This document shows positions 62,831 through 64,000 of a stretch of 64,000 nt of DNA, one piece after another. Below the pieces are notes generated by a model that saw only the letters and a list, made by a program, of their open reading frames with translations, was not told the DNA's origin and made no database searches. The stretch's first letter is position 1. Every line of letters begins with the position of its first letter. Position numbers and translations under genes: made by a program. The DNA lies in the NCBI GenBank assembly GCA_963727485.1, contig CAVSGM010000002.1:1664001-1728000 (forward strand), in the 5' to 3' direction. The stretch is from an uncultured delta proteobacterium (lineage in GTDB: Bacteria > Myxococcota > Myxococcia > SLRQ01).

Positions 62831-63877
62831 CTACCGCTGCACCTGCACCTGCACGGTCTGGAAGTCGACCCCGCCGCGGGTGTCCCGGAGCACGACCCAG
62901 AGGGACACGTCCCGCGCGTCGCTCCCCGGCCCCAGCGCCGGCGCCAGGTAGGCGTCGTCGACCCCGAGGGTCCGGCTCTTCTCGGTGTTGTCGAGCTGGA
63001 AGATCCCGGCGGTCGAGAACCAGCTGTACTCGAGGAGCTCGGTGCGGTCCTCGATGGCCACCTTGCGCGTCTGGAGGTCCACGGTCAGCGTCTGGTACTT
63101 CTCCGCCGACCCGTCGCCGGACACCGGGTGGAAGGTCACCTGCTCCCCGGGCTTGAGCACCAGGGGCCCGGTCGCGGGCAGATCCACGAAGTCCTTGGTC
63201 TGCCCCTGCCGCTCGTCGAAGCGCACCTGGAGCTTTGCGAACACCGGGTTGTGGTTGGGGGTCTTGGTCTCCCAGGGGACGCAGCCGGCGGGCTGGCCCT
63301 GGGCGTCGCAGACCTTGATGCCCGCCTGGGCCAGGATCACCCGGTACACCGTGTCCGACCAGGAGACCGCCAGGCGCTTGTAGGCGATCTCCTGGGTCGC
63401 CGCCTGGGCCCGCACCTCGAAGACCGGCCGCACCCCGATGAGGCCCTTGAGGGAGTCGTCGGCCATCAGGCCCTGGAGGAAGTCGGCGGGCAGCGCCCGG
63501 GTGGTCACATAGGGCGTCGACGGCGGATCCGGCGCCGCGGGGATCGTCACCTGGCCCACGCCCTGGGCGGTGAACCCGGCGCTGTCGGCGGCGGTGGTGG
63601 TGCACCCGGTGGGGTCGTAGAACTCGCAGCCCCGCAGGCGCACCGACACCAGCCCGCGCTTCGGCGAGGCGATGAGCGCCGTCACCCTCACCGGCACCGG
63701 GGCGGCGGTCGGCGAGTCGGGGACCACCACCTCCGGCGGGTCGAGGCGGATGGCCAGCACCCGCAGGTCGTGGACGTCGCCCTGGGCGTCGTTGGGCGAG
63801 GCCGGCAGGCACCCGGCGAGGGCGAGGGCGCCGACGAGGAGACCCAGGGCCCGGGAGCGGAGGCTGGCGCGCCGCAT
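62831..63877 (-). CDS. Lipoprotein coupled to a TonB-dependent receptor
   Basis: LALAGC lipobox; DLRVLAIRLDPPE; WVVLRDTRGG; TGATG overlap with upstream gene. Confidence 0.8.
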   Translation of the reverse strand: MRRASLRSRALGLLVGALALAGCLPASPNDAQGDVHDLRVLAIRLDPPEVVVPDSPTAAPVPVRVTALIASPKRGLVSVRLRGCEFYDPTGCTTTAADSAGFTAQGVGQVTIPAAPDPPSTPYVTTRALPADFLQGLMADDSLKGLIGVRPVFEVRAQAATQEIAYKRLAVSWSDTVYRVILAQAGIKVCDAQGQPAGCVPWETKTPNHNPVFAKLQVRFDERQGQTKDFVDLPATGPLVLKPGEQVTFHPVSGDGSAEKYQTLTVDLQTRKVAIEDRTELLEYSWFSTAGIFQLDNTEKSRTLGVDDAYLAPALGPGSDARDVSLWVVLRDTRGGVDFQTVQVQVQR

Positions 63878-64000
63878 CACCACTCCCCCTTGACGCCGAT
63901 CACCGGGAGGATCGGCAACAGCGAGAAGTCGATCCGCTGCCGGTACCGGTAGTCGTACTGGTACCCCTCGACGTTGGGGGTGTTGGTGGCGTTGAGCAGA
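63877..64000 (-). CDS. C-terminal end of a TonB-dependent outer-membrane receptor (partial)
   Basis: LLNATNTPNVEGYQYDYRYRQRIDFSLLPILPVIGVKGEW*. Confidence 0.75.
   Translation of the reverse strand, partial: LLNATNTPNVEGYQYDYRYRQRIDFSLLPILPVIGVKGEW

Overview
Very high-GC bacterial chromosome segment. Myxococcota/Deltaproteobacteria-like by inference from Cys-rich/FG-GAP lipoproteins, the FlhG-type ATPase plus HTH pair and a TonB receptor-lipoprotein pair. Scattered single-base frameshifts suggest an incompletely polished long-read assembly. Main content: (i) a decayed ~3.5-kb tandem duplication (about 5.5-11.5 kb) with a chimeric junction gene; (ii) a type I-G (I-U) CRISPR-Cas locus with an upstream WYL regulator and a 34-repeat array whose first 31 spacers are compositionally abnormal; (iii) accessory, redox and stress genes (NADAR fragment, Fic, MscL, OmpR-type TCS, PerR-ahpC-dps); (iv) the strongest discovery candidate, a ~770-nt structured non-coding RNA (48510-49283, minus strand). 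It is closed by a ~40-bp terminal duplex, lies directly upstream of an HPF/RaiA-cold-shock-domain gene, and is divergent from an NTPase / PIMT-archease fusion / RtcB / PolX-PHP / CBS operon next to an archaeal-type SAM synthetase. All calls are from reading the sequence; no searches or folding programs were run.
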